Notes under the pieces: model-generated
Told to the model about the DNA's origin: nothing
Databases searched by the model: none
Seen by the model: only the letters and a program-made list of their open reading frames with translations
Made by a program: the position numbers and the translations under genes
Assembly: GCA_027295805.1 (NCBI GenBank)
Contig: JAPUKF010000295.1
Span: forward strand, 1-40,933
Length of the DNA: 40,933 nt
Source of the DNA: Acidobacteriota bacterium
Lineage (GTDB): Bacteria; Acidobacteriota; Polarisedimenticolia; SMYD01
Direction of reading: 5' to 3'
In this document: piece after piece, positions 39,846 to 40,933 of the stretch
How the letters are laid out: each line of letters begins with the position of its first letter
Numbering within the stretch: the stretch's first letter is position 1

Positions 39846-40751
39846 TCAACTCATGGGCTGGCGGCTGTCGTCCAGGATGTAATCACGGGGGTCGACCCAC
39901 TTGCCCGAGACCAGGATTTCGTAGTGCAGGTGGGGCCCCATGGCGCGACCGGTGGAACCGATGTAGCCGATGATGTCACCTCGCTTCACCTTCTGGCCGG
40001 AACGGACCTTGAGCTTGCTCAGGTGGCCGAATCGGCTGACAATTTTGTGGCCGTGGGAAAGATAGATGGCGATGCCCAGGCCACCGGTGCGCCCGGCGCG
40101 GGTCACGCGGCCGGCGGCCGGCGCCCGTACAGGTGTGCCGGTGTTGGCCACGATGTCCTGGCCACGATGAAAAACCCGCTTGCCGGTAAAAGGGTCCCGC
40201 CTGTAGCCGAAATGGGAGCCGAAATAGGCACCCTGCACCGGTGAAGTGGTTGGCATGGACTCCAGGTACGCTTCCCGTTCCTGGTAGGCCTCGGCCAGGA
40301 CCTGGAAGTTCTTGCTCAGGCGCTCTTCACGGGATGTCAGGGCGCTCAGCTCTTCGCGAACGGCCTGATTGAGTGGCGCTGCGGCGTTGTCGTCCTCGGC
40401 CGGGCCGCCCGTGGCTTCCAGTTCCGCGGCCAGTGATTCGAGTCCCGCCATGAGAGCGAATTTGCGGGCTTGATGCTCAAAGTGATCGATTTGACCGCGC
40501 AGACGGGCCATCTCGAAATCGACGTCGCGCAGATCGCCGGCAAGGATCGCATTGTGGGCCCGCAGGGCCTGGAGATCCGCCGCCTGCTGGCGATTGGTCA
40601 GGAACCAGTGGGGGAAGCTCATCCCCGCCACCAGCAGCATGGCCCCCAGAATGCTGACTGTCATGAGAAACGGCCGGGTCACGGCGAAGGTCCTCATGGT
40701 GCGGCCCTCGTGGGGCAGGACCAGAATTGTGTAGAGCTTGGGGACACGCAC
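39846..40751 (-). CDS. M23 family metallopeptidase with N-terminal TM helix and coiled coil
   Basis: FG.RRDPFTG...FHRGQD (HxxxD), FGHLS, GSTGR..GPHLHYE (HxH); AGGAG SD before GTG. Confidence 0.92.
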   Translation of the reverse strand: MRVPKLYTILVLPHEGRTMRTFAVTRPFLMTVSILGAMLLVAGMSFPHWFLTNRQQAADLQALRAHNAILAGDLRDVDFEMARLRGQIDHFEHQARKFALMAGLESLAAELEATGGPAEDDNAAAPLNQAVREELSALTSREERLSKNFQVLAEAYQEREAYLESMPTTSPVQGAYFGSHFGYRRDPFTGKRVFHRGQDIVANTGTPVRAPAAGRVTRAGRTGGLGIAIYLSHGHKIVSRFGHLSKLKVRSGQKVKRGDIIGYIGSTGRAMGPHLHYEILVSGKWVDPRDYILDDSRQPMS

Positions 40752-40836
40752 TGAGATGACTCCTGTCTGGATGAGATGCAGAGCCGGCTAGCGGAATGAG
40801 CCGGCTGGCGCCCGGACATGCTGTCTGGCTCCGTGA

Positions 40837-40865
40837 ACTTTAGGAATGCAGCATACTCCTGTCAA
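40837..40865 (-). promoter_or_regulatory. Sigma70-type promoter for the M23 peptidase gene
   Basis: Minus strand TTGACA (40865-40860), 17 nt, TAAAGT (40842-40837). Confidence 0.7.
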
Positions 40866-40933
40866 GGAAATGGCCCTTCCGGAGCATCCGGCGGCGCCAT
40901 GGTAAAGTTGGGCCCGTGGCCACGGCCTTGCAA

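Overview
GC-rich bacterial chromosomal segment, mostly housekeeping genes. The acidobacterial-type VWA protein suggests Acidobacteriota (inference). Order: 3' end of an EF-G-family gene and asnS (+); a minus-strand oxidative pentose phosphate operon (V4R/TIGR02265-like gene, tkt, gnd, zwf, opcA, pgl); a plus-strand operon (NUDIX hydrolase, YheT-like hydrolase, rimO, pgpA, ribF, lipoprotein, atypical Rieske protein); leuS (-); a PilT/PilU-like ATPase with a coiled-coil tail, tandem DsbA protein, DASS transporter, tmk, holB and a heterodimeric ABC exporter (+); aroC, nnr, OmpA lipoprotein and VWA protein (-); tsaE (+); a membrane protein, S9 peptidase, guaB, secA and M23 peptidase (-). I saw no mobile elements, CRISPR arrays, tRNA or rRNA. 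The most notable unexplained signals are two orphan sigma70-type promoters in convergent intergenic gaps (about 14.06 kb and 26.76 kb). Each precedes a structured, C-rich, apparently non-coding segment, and the two share short motifs. Also notable are a PilT coiled-coil tail with its own SD+ATG, probable leaderless starts, and three lesions (in-frame TAA in holB and in the ABC gene, about 32-nt deletion in secA) that are most likely assembly errors.
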